This document shows, piece after piece, positions 29,893 through 39,346 of a DNA stretch of 42,263 nt. The stretch is from a virus. The notes below the pieces were generated by a model. It made no database searches and was not told where the DNA came from. It worked only from the letters and a program-made list of their open reading frames with translations. Location of the stretch: positions 1-42,263 of IMG/VR virus record IMGVR_UViG_3300045988_043105, one strand, 5' to 3'. A program made the translations under genes and the position numbers. Numbering within the stretch: position 1 is the stretch's first letter; every line of letters begins with the position of its first letter.

Positions 29893-30241
29893 GACTATCG
29901 GTCAAAAAGCTGAAACATACGCAAAAGACAAGTGCCCAAAGGGAACAGAGGAAAGCACGGGAAAGAAAGGATATATCGGCGGAACGCTGCAAAACAGCAT
30001 CACTCACAGGGTTGACGACGACGTGGTGAGCGTGGGAAGCAACGTCGAGTATGCACCGTATGTTGAACTGGGCACTGGACCGCATTTCGAAGCACCTCCT
30101 GAATGGGAACAGTTCACGACGACGCGAGGAAGTGGAATCGGTAAATCGTTCATGCGACCTCACCGCTATTTGAGACCCGCGATTGAGGATCACCGAGAAG
30201 AGTATAAGGAAATCATGCGAGACGAGTTGTCAGGAGGTTAA
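29819..30241 (+). CDS. HK97 gp10-like protein
   Basis: NVEYAPYVELGTG...FMRPHRYLRPAIE motif. Overlaps the MuF 3' end by 74 nt. Confidence 0.6.
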   Translation: MAGNLIDNSAAFLAELERAKARALETIGQKAETYAKDKCPKGTEESTGKKGYIGGTLQNSITHRVDDDVVSVGSNVEYAPYVELGTGPHFEAPPEWEQFTTTRGSGIGKSFMRPHRYLRPAIEDHREEYKEIMRDELSGG

Positions 30242-30242
30242 A

Positions 30243-30413
30243 ATGGGGCTTATCAAGTGGTTCAGACGCGAGAAAATCCGCCGGGGAGCGCGAAAAGAGA
30301 TCAAACAGGAGCGAGAATCCGCGACCGGCACAAGGCAAGGTCAACGCGCACTGGCGCGGAAGATCGAGAAAATCAAGGCGAAGGCAAACAAGGAAATTGA
30401 CAAGTACCGCTGA
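30243..30413 (+). CDS. Small basic protein (56 aa)
   Basis: AGGAGG RBS before ATG 30243. Lys/Arg-rich. Confidence 0.45.
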   Translation: MGLIKWFRREKIRRGARKEIKQERESATGTRQGQRALARKIEKIKAKANKEIDKYR

Positions 30414-30432
30414 GAGCAGCGGTTTCTCTTTT
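30407..30432 (+). terminator. Hairpin + T-rich tract
   Basis: CCGCTG-agag-CAGCGG followed by TTTCTCTTTT. Confidence 0.5.
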
Positions 30433-30512
30433 GGCAAAAACGGCAAAGTACCGCCGTTTGCATATATAAAGCGAAGGGCGAAGAATAGCCCCCGAAGTAA
30501 AGGAGCGTAAAC

Positions 30513-31118
30513 ATGGCATTCACGAGAAAATTTCTCAAGGCGCTTGGTTTGACCGAGGAACAGGTTGACAGCGTGGTTGAGGCGCACACGGAAACCGTTG
30601 ACGGGCTGAAAAGCCAGATGGCGGGCTACAAAGCCGACGCTGAGAAGCTGGAAGACGTTCAGAAGGAGTTGGACGATCTTAAAGCCAAAGGCGGCGGAGA
30701 GGACTACAAAAGCAAGTATGACAGCGAGCACGCGGCTTTCGAAAAGTATAAGAACGACCAGAACGCCAAAGAATCGGCGGCACTGGCCGAGCGACTGTAC
30801 CGGGAGCAGCTTAACGCGCTGGGCATCACCGGAAAGCGAGCTGACAGCATTGTACGCCTGACTGATCTTTCCGCTGTGAAGGTCAAAGACGGCAAGCTGG
30901 AAGACGCTGACGGCGTGAAGAAGGACATCCAGACCGACTATGCGGACTTCATCCCGAAGAAACGAACGGACGGTGCCGACCCTGCCGACCCGCCTCACAG
31001 CGGCGGCAAGATGAGCCGCGAAGAAATCTATAAGAAAGACGACAAAGGCCGCTACCTGCTTTCCACGGCAGAACGCCAAAAGGCACTTGCCGAAAGCATG
31101 GCGGCTGAATCCGAATGA
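30513..31118 (+). CDS. Scaffolding protein
   Basis: AAAGGAG RBS. Charged and helical, sitting directly upstream of the capsid gene. Confidence 0.7.
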   Translation: MAFTRKFLKALGLTEEQVDSVVEAHTETVDGLKSQMAGYKADAEKLEDVQKELDDLKAKGGGEDYKSKYDSEHAAFEKYKNDQNAKESAALAERLYREQLNALGITGKRADSIVRLTDLSAVKVKDGKLEDADGVKKDIQTDYADFIPKKRTDGADPADPPHSGGKMSREEIYKKDDKGRYLLSTAERQKALAESMAAESE

Positions 31119-31135
31119 CCGAAAGGAGCTAGAAT

Positions 31136-32098
31136 ATGGCTGCTAAAACTGGACTGACGACCGCCGCGCAGTTTACCACCGAAGCGCGAGAGGTCGATTT
31201 TGTTACCCGTTTCTCCGACAACTGGGACGCGCTGCGTAAGATCATGGGCATCATGCGCCCGATTCGCAAGACCCCCGGCACGAAGCTGATTTCCTACAAA
31301 GCGACGGTTGACGGCACTCTTGCAGGCGGTACGAGCGTGGGTGAGGGCGAGGAAATCCCGTTCACCCAGCTCAAGGTTGCGCCCACGACCTACGGCGACA
31401 TCGAGGTTGCCAAGTACGCCAAGAGCGTCAGCATTGAGAGCGTCGCCAAGTACGGCGCGGAAGTTGCCGTTGAAAAGACCGACGAGGCGTTCATCAACGC
31501 CCTGCAAACGAAGGTTCTGACCGACTTTTACACTTTCCTCGGCACCGGATCCCTGAAAGTGACCGGCGAGACGAGCTGGCAGCGTGCGCTTGCCATGGGC
31601 AAGGCAAAGGTGCTTGAGAAGTTCACAGGCATGGACAAGGACGTGACCGAGGTTGTGGGCTTTGCCAACATTCTTGACGCCTATGATTACCTCGGCGACA
31701 AGGATATCACCGTGCAGACCGCCTTCGGCGTGAACTACATCGAGAACTTCCTTGGCTACCGCACTCTTTTCCTTCTGCCGACCAAGTACATCGCGCAGAA
31801 CAAGGTTATCGCCACTCCGGTGGAAAACATCGACCTGTACTATATCGACCCCGGCGACAGCGACTTCGGCAAGCTGGGACTGAACTACACCGTCAAGGGC
31901 GAAACTAATCTGATCGGCGTTCACGCCGAGGGCGATTACAGCCGCGCCACTGGCGACATGTACGCGCTTATGGGCATGAAGCTCTGGGCGGAGTATCTGG
32001 ACGGCATCGCGGTTGCAACGTTTGCCAAGCCCGCTGCGGCAGCGGCCAAAGCAGCGGCCAAAGCAGCGGCCAAGGACACTCCGTCTGTCGGCGGCTAA
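31136..32098 (+). CDS. Major capsid protein with an Ala/Lys-rich C-terminal tail
   Basis: AAAGGAG RBS. Position and size fit. The C-terminus is KPAAAAAKAAAKAAAKDTPSVGG. Confidence 0.8.
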   Translation: MAAKTGLTTAAQFTTEAREVDFVTRFSDNWDALRKIMGIMRPIRKTPGTKLISYKATVDGTLAGGTSVGEGEEIPFTQLKVAPTTYGDIEVAKYAKSVSIESVAKYGAEVAVEKTDEAFINALQTKVLTDFYTFLGTGSLKVTGETSWQRALAMGKAKVLEKFTGMDKDVTEVVGFANILDAYDYLGDKDITVQTAFGVNYIENFLGYRTLFLLPTKYIAQNKVIATPVENIDLYYIDPGDSDFGKLGLNYTVKGETNLIGVHAEGDYSRATGDMYALMGMKLWAEYLDGIAVATFAKPAAAAAKAAAKAAAKDTPSVGG

Positions 32099-32108
32099 GG
32101 AGTAAGCT

Positions 32109-32528
32109 ATGGACATGCTTGAAGCGGTGCTGACGCACTTGCGAAACTGGTTTCCCGTCAGGTGTGACACTGGGACGTTCACCATCGCTTCCGGCATCCC
32201 TGACGTTGACTTTTTGAAGCCGGGACAGTATTACCGCATTAAGGGCAGCGTGTTTTCTGATGGGCTGCACGTCTATCAGAGCGGCGAGACACTGACGGAT
32301 GAAACCTTCAAGGGCGAAATCTGGGCGCTAGCAATCCCAAAAAGCGTCAAAGAGCTTGCGGCAGAAATCACCGCGTACACGGAGAAGAACCCAGTGACCG
32401 ACAAGGTTTCTGAGAGTTTCGGCGGTTACAGTTACTCCCGCGCATCCGGCACGACTGGTGCGCCGACGGGCTGGCAGGGGGCTTTCGCCTCCCGCCTTGC
32501 CCCTTATCGGAGGATAAGCGATGATTAA
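32109..32528 (+). CDS. Head-tail connector/adaptor (putative)
   Basis: Position after the capsid gene. AAGGAG RBS. Confidence 0.55.
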   Translation: MDMLEAVLTHLRNWFPVRCDTGTFTIASGIPDVDFLKPGQYYRIKGSVFSDGLHVYQSGETLTDETFKGEIWALAIPKSVKELAAEITAYTEKNPVTDKVSESFGGYSYSRASGTTGAPTGWQGAFASRLAPYRRISDD

Positions 32529-32880
32529 CGCAGAGCTGATCGAGAGGTTTTCACAGCCGTGCGTGATGCTGACGAAAAAGCGCGTTCCTGACGGGCAGGG
32601 AGGCTTTGAAACGAGTTGGGCGGACGGCGACGAGTTCGACGCGGCGATTGTCAAAGATCAGAGCTTGCAAGCGCGTGTCGCCGAGAAGCAGGGCGTTTCC
32701 AGCGTCTACACTATCACGACGGCGCGGGGCGTTGCGCTTGAGTATCACGAGGTTTTCCGCCGCGTTTCTGACGGGGCAATCTTTCGCGTGACGAGCGACT
32801 ACACCGACAGCAGACCGCCCGACGTGGCGACGTTTGACTTTGAGCAAGTGACGGCTGAGAGGTGGGAGCTTCCGACATGA
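32521..32880 (+). CDS. Head closure / head-tail joining protein (putative)
   Basis: Position and size fit. Overlapping start. Confidence 0.55.
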   Translation: MINAELIERFSQPCVMLTKKRVPDGQGGFETSWADGDEFDAAIVKDQSLQARVAEKQGVSSVYTITTARGVALEYHEVFRRVSDGAIFRVTSDYTDSRPPDVATFDFEQVTAERWELPT

Positions 32881-33242
32881 CCGAGACGGCAAAGGCGCTA
32901 TACAGCTTTTATTCTGGGTTCGGCATTGACGCATACCCGGAAAGCAACGTGCCGGAGAACGCGAAACTCCCATATATCACCTACACCGTCATCGAGCCGG
33001 ACTGGCGAAACGCTGCAAGCCATCAGGCACGCGTTTGGTATCGGTCTGAGAGCTACAAGGGCATAAACGCCAAGGTTGACGAGATCACGAGGGCGGTGGG
33101 CGAGCTGGTTATGCTTCCGACTGCGAACGGCTACATCGCTATTCGCCCCGCTGACCCGCTGGTACAGTATCAGCCCATCGCAAACCCGGAAATCAAAGTC
33201 GCCTATCTCAATTTTCAAATCAACTCATATCAATCGAGGTGA
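32877..33242 (+). CDS. Tail completion/terminator protein (putative)
   Basis: ATGA overlap at 32877. Lies directly before the major tail protein. Confidence 0.5.
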   Translation: MTETAKALYSFYSGFGIDAYPESNVPENAKLPYITYTVIEPDWRNAASHQARVWYRSESYKGINAKVDEITRAVGELVMLPTANGYIAIRPADPLVQYQPIANPEIKVAYLNFQINSYQSR

Positions 33243-33247
33243 TATAA

Positions 33248-33874
33248 ATGGGCAAACCTGTTACGGCTGTCAGACCGCAGACGTTCGAGCGGTTGCAGCT
33301 CAACGCGGGTGCTTTTCTCAAAAATTTTGACCTGAGCACCTACACTGAATACAGCACGCTCGAAGAAGCACTTTTCGCCGCCATTAAGGACGGCACAAAG
33401 ACGCTGGGCGCGACGCGAGGCGGCGGCACGTTTACTGCGTCTCCGACCATGCGCAGCATCGAAGCCGACGGTAAGCGGTATGAGTTCAAGGGCAGTACGG
33501 TGATTGATGCTTGGGATATCAAGCTGACCGCGACGCTTATGGAGATCACGCCGGATAACTTCGTGCTTGCACTCGGCACGGCTGAGAATACCGAGGACAA
33601 ATCCTTCACAGTCGGAAAAAAGACCGTGATCAAGCTGCGAACCAACATCGAAGACGGCGACTATATCCAAAATCTCGTCTGGTTCGGCAACACGTCCAAG
33701 GGATTTGTCGCCATCGTGCTTGACAATGCGCTGAACAACACGGGCGTGACGTTGACTTTCAGCGACAAGGGAGAGGGAACAATCCCGGTCGAGTTCCACG
33801 CATATCAAGACACCGTGGAGAACAACGATTACGCGCCTTGCGCGATCTACTTCTTCGAGGAAGCGGCGCAGTAA
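33248..33874 (+). CDS. Major tail protein
   Basis: Position ahead of the G/GT chaperone and TMP. A strong terminator follows. Confidence 0.75.
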   Translation: MGKPVTAVRPQTFERLQLNAGAFLKNFDLSTYTEYSTLEEALFAAIKDGTKTLGATRGGGTFTASPTMRSIEADGKRYEFKGSTVIDAWDIKLTATLMEITPDNFVLALGTAENTEDKSFTVGKKTVIKLRTNIEDGDYIQNLVWFGNTSKGFVAIVLDNALNNTGVTLTFSDKGEGTIPVEFHAYQDTVENNDYAPCAIYFFEEAAQ

Positions 33875-33880
33875 CAACAC

Positions 33881-33917
33881 GCCGAGGGCTTTGCCTTCGG
33901 CGCTTTTCTTTTTTTGA
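33881..33917 (+). terminator. Rho-independent terminator after the major tail gene
   Basis: GCCGAGGGC-ttt-GCCTTCGGC followed by a T-rich tract (GCTTTTCTTTTTTT). Confidence 0.8.
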
Positions 33918-33929
33918 GGTGAGAAGAAG

Positions 33930-34295
33930 ATGAAACTTTCGGAAATGAACGGCGAAGAGCTGTCTGTCTGCCTTTGCAAAATCGCAGAACCGCTTGAGAG
34001 AATCGGCTTTGACAAGAAGACGACAGAAACCTTTCAGGAAATCGCCGATTTGAGCAAAAGCGGCATGAACAACATCCAGCAGACCTCTATGATGATCGGC
34101 AAGTTCGTTCCGCTGCTGCTGGGCGATCACAGAGAAGACACGTTCGAGATTCTGGCGGCAATCAATGGAAAGACCGTTGAGGAAATCCGCAGTCAGAAGG
34201 GCATGCAGACCATCAAGGAGCTGAAAAACGCACTCGCAGACCCCGAGCTGATGGATTTTTTTTCGTCGTCCGTGCGTACGGTCGGAAAGCTGTAA
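33930..34295 (+). CDS. Tail assembly chaperone (G-like)
   Basis: Position before the TMP. Slippery T-run near its 3' end. Confidence 0.75.
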   Translation: MKLSEMNGEELSVCLCKIAEPLERIGFDKKTTETFQEIADLSKSGMNNIQQTSMMIGKFVPLLLGDHREDTFEILAAINGKTVEEIRSQKGMQTIKELKNALADPELMDFFSSSVRTVGKL

Positions 34296-34555
34296 CGGCG
34301 GCGATTTACAGGCACGGAGCACCGCCGACAATTGCGGCACTCTCTGACCTTTTGGCAGATGATCGTCAAAAGTGGCTGGGAGACGTGTACAGTGCAAAGA
34401 TGCTTTCTATCATCTGTCAGGCGATGGGAAGCGAACCCGTGAGCTATGAGGAGTTTGTCGGGCTGGTGGAGCAGGACAACCGAACGGGGCAGGAGATCAT
34501 CAACGATCTGATCGCCGAACACGAGAGAAGGAAAAAAGCAAGAGGGGAGGGATAA
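33930..34555 (+). CDS. Tail assembly chaperone GT-like fusion made by a -1 programmed frameshift at 34256-34262
   Basis: The heptamer T_TTT_TTT lies in the zero frame (gaT TTT TTT). The -1 frame is open from 34262 to TAA 34553-34555. Confidence 0.65.
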
Positions 34556-34558
34556 AGC

Positions 34559-36355
34559 GTGGATTTATTTACGCTTGTAGCCAAGATCGGGTTGGATTCA
34601 AAGGAATACGAGCAGGGCATCAAGGGTGCAAAGCAGGGCTTTGAAAAGCTCGATACGTGGATGGTTGCAAAGGCACAGCTGATTGCGGACGGCGTAAAGC
34701 GAGCGTTTTCGACAATTGCGGACTTTGCCAAGGATGCGATCACTGCCGCCGCCGACGTATCGGCAGAAAAGGCGCAGTTTGCAGCAACCTTTGAAGGCAT
34801 CGAGGAAGCCGCGAACGGCGTTCTTGCCAGCGTCAGCAATGACACAGGCATCCTTGCAACGCGCTTGCAGCAGGTCGGCACCAAGGCGTTCAGTCAGTTC
34901 AAGGGTGCAGGCATTGACGCGGCAGGGGCACTCTCGATGATGGACGAGTATACCCGTATCGCGGCTGACGCGGCGGCATACTACGACATCAGCCTTGAGG
35001 ACGCAGACGTGCGCTTGCGTTCTTTCCTGCGTGGCAACACTGAGGCGGGCGACGCCATCGGTCTTTTCACGTCAGAAAGCCAGCGAAACGCCAAAGCTGT
35101 CGAGCTGTACGGCACGAAATGGACAAATCTGACTGAAGCACAGAAACAGAACCTCATGCTCAACGTTGCGCAAGAAATCTATGACCAGAGCGGCGCAACC
35201 GGGCAAGCAGCGCGTGAAATGGAAGGCTGGGTGAACGTCACCGGAAACCTGAAGCGCGTGTGGAAAGACGTTCTGGCAGTTGTGGGCGCTCCGTTTTACG
35301 AATCGCTAACGCCGGTCGTGCAAAAGCTGAGCGAGTTTCTATCTGACAAAACCATACAGATGCGTCTTGGCATGCTTGCGTCAAGCCTCGGCGATATGAC
35401 CGGATATGTCTTTGACGGCGTTATTGATCTGTTGGACAAGATTCTGGCGTGGAGCGGCGGCGAAGAAGAGCCGAGCGACACCGCACAGGCGCTCTTTGAT
35501 ATTGCCAGCTCGTTCGGCAACATTGCAGGCATGATCTTCACGGGCGTTGTGGACTTTTTAAAGCTGCTTTTCAATGGCTTTGACAAGGAGACGGCCGAAA
35601 ACGTAGAGGGATTTCTCGAGGATTTCAGCGCATTTGTTGACGATCCCCTCTTTCAGACGGCGGCAACGGTTCTCGGCGGCATTGTCACTGCATGGATCGC
35701 CATGAAATCGCCTCTTTTGATTGTTTCCGGCGTTCTTGCGTTGATTATTACGCACTGGGAAGATATCAAACGATGGGCGGACAATGCGAAAACAGCGTTC
35801 ACAAACTTTATCAATACGCACGTCCCGGAAGGGTTTATGAGTGGCGTGAGATTAGCACTTGAGACAATCTCCGATTTGGTTTACGATATTAAATCTGCCT
35901 GGGATTCGTTTGTGGACAGCCTGAATACAACAAATGTCCAAAAGAGCGCAAAATCCATCCAAGAAGGATGGGATAACGGCGGTATTGCTGGCGCAGTATC
36001 CGCTGCGTGGGATTCGGCGTGGTATAACCCCTCGAATTGGGGGAAGAAAAATACAGGCGGAGCAGGACGCAGTTTTGCAACCGGTCTTGATTATGTCCCC
36101 TATGACAACTTCGTCGCCAAGCTCCACGCCGGAGAAACCGTTCTGAATCGCGCAGATGCGACGGCATACCGTGCAGGAATGACCGGAGGCATTAACACGG
36201 AAAGCATCAGTCAAGCCGTCGCTGTCGCTGTGCGCGAAGCACTTGACGGCGTGGGCGTATACATGGGCGCGGATAGAGTGGGTGATCTTGTGACGCAGCG
36301 TGTTAGCCGCAACATCGCAAAGGGCACAAGAGCTATGAGGTATGCAAACGTATGA
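34559..36355 (+). CDS. Tape measure protein (598 aa)
   Basis: GGGGAGGG RBS then GTG. Long helical protein after G/GT. Confidence 0.85.
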   Translation: MDLFTLVAKIGLDSKEYEQGIKGAKQGFEKLDTWMVAKAQLIADGVKRAFSTIADFAKDAITAAADVSAEKAQFAATFEGIEEAANGVLASVSNDTGILATRLQQVGTKAFSQFKGAGIDAAGALSMMDEYTRIAADAAAYYDISLEDADVRLRSFLRGNTEAGDAIGLFTSESQRNAKAVELYGTKWTNLTEAQKQNLMLNVAQEIYDQSGATGQAAREMEGWVNVTGNLKRVWKDVLAVVGAPFYESLTPVVQKLSEFLSDKTIQMRLGMLASSLGDMTGYVFDGVIDLLDKILAWSGGEEEPSDTAQALFDIASSFGNIAGMIFTGVVDFLKLLFNGFDKETAENVEGFLEDFSAFVDDPLFQTAATVLGGIVTAWIAMKSPLLIVSGVLALIITHWEDIKRWADNAKTAFTNFINTHVPEGFMSGVRLALETISDLVYDIKSAWDSFVDSLNTTNVQKSAKSIQEGWDNGGIAGAVSAAWDSAWYNPSNWGKKNTGGAGRSFATGLDYVPYDNFVAKLHAGETVLNRADATAYRAGMTGGINTESISQAVAVAVREALDGVGVYMGADRVGDLVTQRVSRNIAKGTRAMRYANV

Positions 36356-37122
36356 TGACGAGATATGCTTGCCGGCTGAACGGCATTGATTTGTCAAGCA
36401 TCGACCCGGCAATCTATGTGCTTGATGTAAGCACCGTTTCGCCCGTGCGCGATCTTGCGACAACGCCACTTGCCGGACGAAATGGTCAAAGAATCACGAA
36501 GCGCACGACGAACAGCTTGAGCGTCGAAGTAAAATTTGAAATTCACGAGCAGAATACCGTTCGCCGCGCCCTCATCGCGGAAAAAGTGACGGAGTGGGCG
36601 ATTCTCGGCGGCATTCTGACGACGAACGACCGACCTGAAAGGCGGCTGCACGTCATTTGCGAGACGTTGCCGAACTTCTCCGCTCTGCGCTGGACAAACA
36701 GCTTGACGGCGACGTTCACGGCTTTTGAGATTCCATTTTGGGAAAGTGAGTACCCGCAAAACGTGATGATCGACGGGAATGGCGAAGCTCAAATGATTGC
36801 GCCAGGCTTTGCGGACGATTCCCGCGTGTGGGCAAGCGTGACAAACGCCGGAACGGGCGCGATCACGGCCGTAGACCTGACAGCCGGACAAACCGTGCTG
36901 CACTTTTCCGGACTTGCGCTTCCCTTCAACTCAACGCTTGAAGTCGGAACGGACGAGCACGGCGTTTTTTTTGCGCGAATCGGAAGTGAAAGCGTACTGA
37001 GCAAGCGAACAGCAGAATCAAGCGACGAGCTGCGGCTTGAAGCCGGGAAGTTTGGCAAGCTGTCCGTCTCCACGAATGGAAATGCGAAGACGAGATTCGG
37101 CGTGAGGGGGTATTACACATGA
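36352..37122 (+). CDS. Distal tail protein (Dit)
   Basis: Position after the TMP. About 256 aa. Confidence 0.7.
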   Translation: MMTRYACRLNGIDLSSIDPAIYVLDVSTVSPVRDLATTPLAGRNGQRITKRTTNSLSVEVKFEIHEQNTVRRALIAEKVTEWAILGGILTTNDRPERRLHVICETLPNFSALRWTNSLTATFTAFEIPFWESEYPQNVMIDGNGEAQMIAPGFADDSRVWASVTNAGTGAITAVDLTAGQTVLHFSGLALPFNSTLEVGTDEHGVFFARIGSESVLSKRTAESSDELRLEAGKFGKLSVSTNGNAKTRFGVRGYYT

Positions 37123-38909
37123 GCGTAAGGCTTCCGCGCCTGCTTGACGCGCAGCTCCACGAGGTGTGCCGTCTCCATCCCGTTACGCTGTCCATCAACG
37201 AGCGGCTTGTACCGCCGCATGATGCTTCCATGACGCTTCCTCCGGGCGAGGGAGTGTCTTTTCATGCGTGGATGGAGCTTTATACCATCGACGGCAGCGC
37301 GGGCTTCTACCGCGTGTCTGGCACATCTGAGAGCTATGTCAGCACGGGCGACGTTGACCTAGAACACAGCGCGGCGATTCTTGGCGACGCGATCATTCCC
37401 GGCGAGGGGAAGTACAGTGGAACGTGTACCGAAGTGCTGACGGCGATGCTGGCAAACCAGACGACGCTCATAAACGGTCAAAAACCTTGGGTTCTTGGCA
37501 CGTGCGCGAAAAGCGCAAGCATCGAATACGCATATGACTGCAACAACATCCTGTCTGCGATGACGGAAGTGGTCGGCGACGAGAAAGACGGCTACGCGCT
37601 CGAATTTGACGACACGCACGGCTTCCCCTGGAAGGTGAATGTCGTATCGGTCGAGACCTCCGCGAGTTGCGAAGGACGACTGAGCCGAAACCTTGAAAGC
37701 GCCAGCGTCTCGATGTCTGACGACGAGTTCTGCACGCGGATTTACTGCAAGAGCCTACCAGAGCCGCACTACATCGACGGCCCGACCGTCGGCACATGGG
37801 GAATCATCACAAAGACGATCACGGCCGGAGAGGGCGTTACCGCCGAGAGCTTGCAAAGCTACATCACGCGATACCTCGAAGACCACAAAAACCCGCGAAA
37901 CAGTATTGAGATTAACGGCGTTGATTTGGCGACCGCGACGGGGGAAAACCTAGATTCCTTCCGCGTCGGGCGACTTTTCCGGCTCGCGCTCCCTGATTAC
38001 GGTGTGAAGATGGAAGAGCGAATCCTTGTGCGCAGCATCACCGACGTTTACGGCGACCCGCGCGGCGTAAGATTGACACTTGCCAGCAACATTCGCGACA
38101 CAGCGGAAGACCTTGTGCGGATAGACAACACCGTTACAGGCGGATCGTCACAAAATAGCACGAGAAAGTATGTTGGAAGCAAGGGTACCGGCTTGTCGAA
38201 AACGTCTGTACTCGACATGCTTAAAAAAACCGATTCCTTTACGAGCGCAACGGAAGCGTGGGTTAAAGAGGCGGGCGTAAAGATTGAGGCGAATCGCGCT
38301 AGCCTATATGCAACAAAAACAGCAATCACGGGAAGCTGGAATGAAAACGTCGAAAACATCGATGCTCTGATAACCGCCACAACCGACAATGGCGGCTTGG
38401 TTGCAATGATTGTCGGCCGAAAAACCAAAACCGAGGAAATCAATGCAGCAATCAAAGCGACGACAGAAGGCGGCGGACTGATCACGCTAAAAGCGGATAC
38501 GAAAACCGTAAGCGATCTAGGTGAGCGCGTCTCAACGGCGGAAATCAGCATTGACGGTCTGAACAGCGAAATCGAGCTGAAAGCGGACAAGATCACGCTG
38601 AAAGGATACGTCACGGCAGACCAGCTATCCGCTGAATTGGCAGATTTTAAGCTGACAATGAACGAAAGTGTAGTTACGAACTTTCTTAGCGTAAACAATA
38701 AAGCTATATTTAATTCGATGATTTTAGATACGAAACCTATATCTTTGGAAAGCCTAAATGTCGCCACAGGAAGAAGCACCGAGACAGCTGTGTATGTTTC
38801 GAAAATCATTTTGAACAGCGATGGGACAGTAAAAAGCGTAAAAGGAGATAGTAAAACGTTTGTGACAGGACTGTCTTATTCAACGATTCAATATTTGAAA
38901 TGGAGTTGA
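37119..38909 (+). CDS. Tail-associated (Tal-like) baseplate hub protein; AT-rich C-terminal portion
   Basis: Position after Dit. N-terminal region typical of siphovirus minor structural proteins. Confidence 0.7.
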   Translation: MSVRLPRLLDAQLHEVCRLHPVTLSINERLVPPHDASMTLPPGEGVSFHAWMELYTIDGSAGFYRVSGTSESYVSTGDVDLEHSAAILGDAIIPGEGKYSGTCTEVLTAMLANQTTLINGQKPWVLGTCAKSASIEYAYDCNNILSAMTEVVGDEKDGYALEFDDTHGFPWKVNVVSVETSASCEGRLSRNLESASVSMSDDEFCTRIYCKSLPEPHYIDGPTVGTWGIITKTITAGEGVTAESLQSYITRYLEDHKNPRNSIEINGVDLATATGENLDSFRVGRLFRLALPDYGVKMEERILVRSITDVYGDPRGVRLTLASNIRDTAEDLVRIDNTVTGGSSQNSTRKYVGSKGTGLSKTSVLDMLKKTDSFTSATEAWVKEAGVKIEANRASLYATKTAITGSWNENVENIDALITATTDNGGLVAMIVGRKTKTEEINAAIKATTEGGGLITLKADTKTVSDLGERVSTAEISIDGLNSEIELKADKITLKGYVTADQLSAELADFKLTMNESVVTNFLSVNNKAIFNSMILDTKPISLESLNVATGRSTETAVYVSKIILNSDGTVKSVKGDSKTFVTGLSYSTIQYLKWS

Positions 38910-38913
38910 TGAT

Positions 38914-39111
38914 ATGGACGATATAAACGGAATGACGCTTGCGCTCGGAAATGCGCTTATTCTTCTGAATGATGTGCAAACGGCGGGAAGATCAAACCTT
39001 GACCGTTTGCTCACAGCAATGCAACAGATTGATAAGGTAAGGAGAGCCCTTTTAAGCATGAAGGAGGAATCCGCAAATGAAAATCACGACGAGCAAGGGC
39101 AAGACGCTTGA
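38914..39111 (+). CDS. Hypothetical small protein (65 aa)
   Basis: GGAG RBS. Low-GC. Confidence 0.45.
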   Translation: MDDINGMTLALGNALILLNDVQTAGRSNLDRLLTAMQQIDKVRRALLSMKEESANENHDEQGQDA

Positions 39112-39340
39112 CGTAAACTGGGCGTTCGCCCCAACCAGAGAATCTGGAAGCCTGATGATCGAACTCCCTGATAATCGGCTGCTGTCCGAAATCGCCGCTG
39201 ACTTTGAGGGCAACAGCAAAATCAAAAAGACAGACGAGACAAAACCCGGCGTAACCGAAATCTATGAAGAATTTACCGAACTTGCAGCCATTCAGCGCAA
39301 CAAAAACGGCAGCGTGCTTGTAAAGCTGGTAAAGGAGTGA
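39077..39340 (+). CDS. Hypothetical protein (87 aa)
   Basis: AAGGAGG RBS before ATG 39077. Confidence 0.55.
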   Translation: MKITTSKGKTLDVNWAFAPTRESGSLMIELPDNRLLSEIAADFEGNSKIKKTDETKPGVTEIYEEFTELAAIQRNKNGSVLVKLVKE

Positions 39341-39346
39341 TGACCT

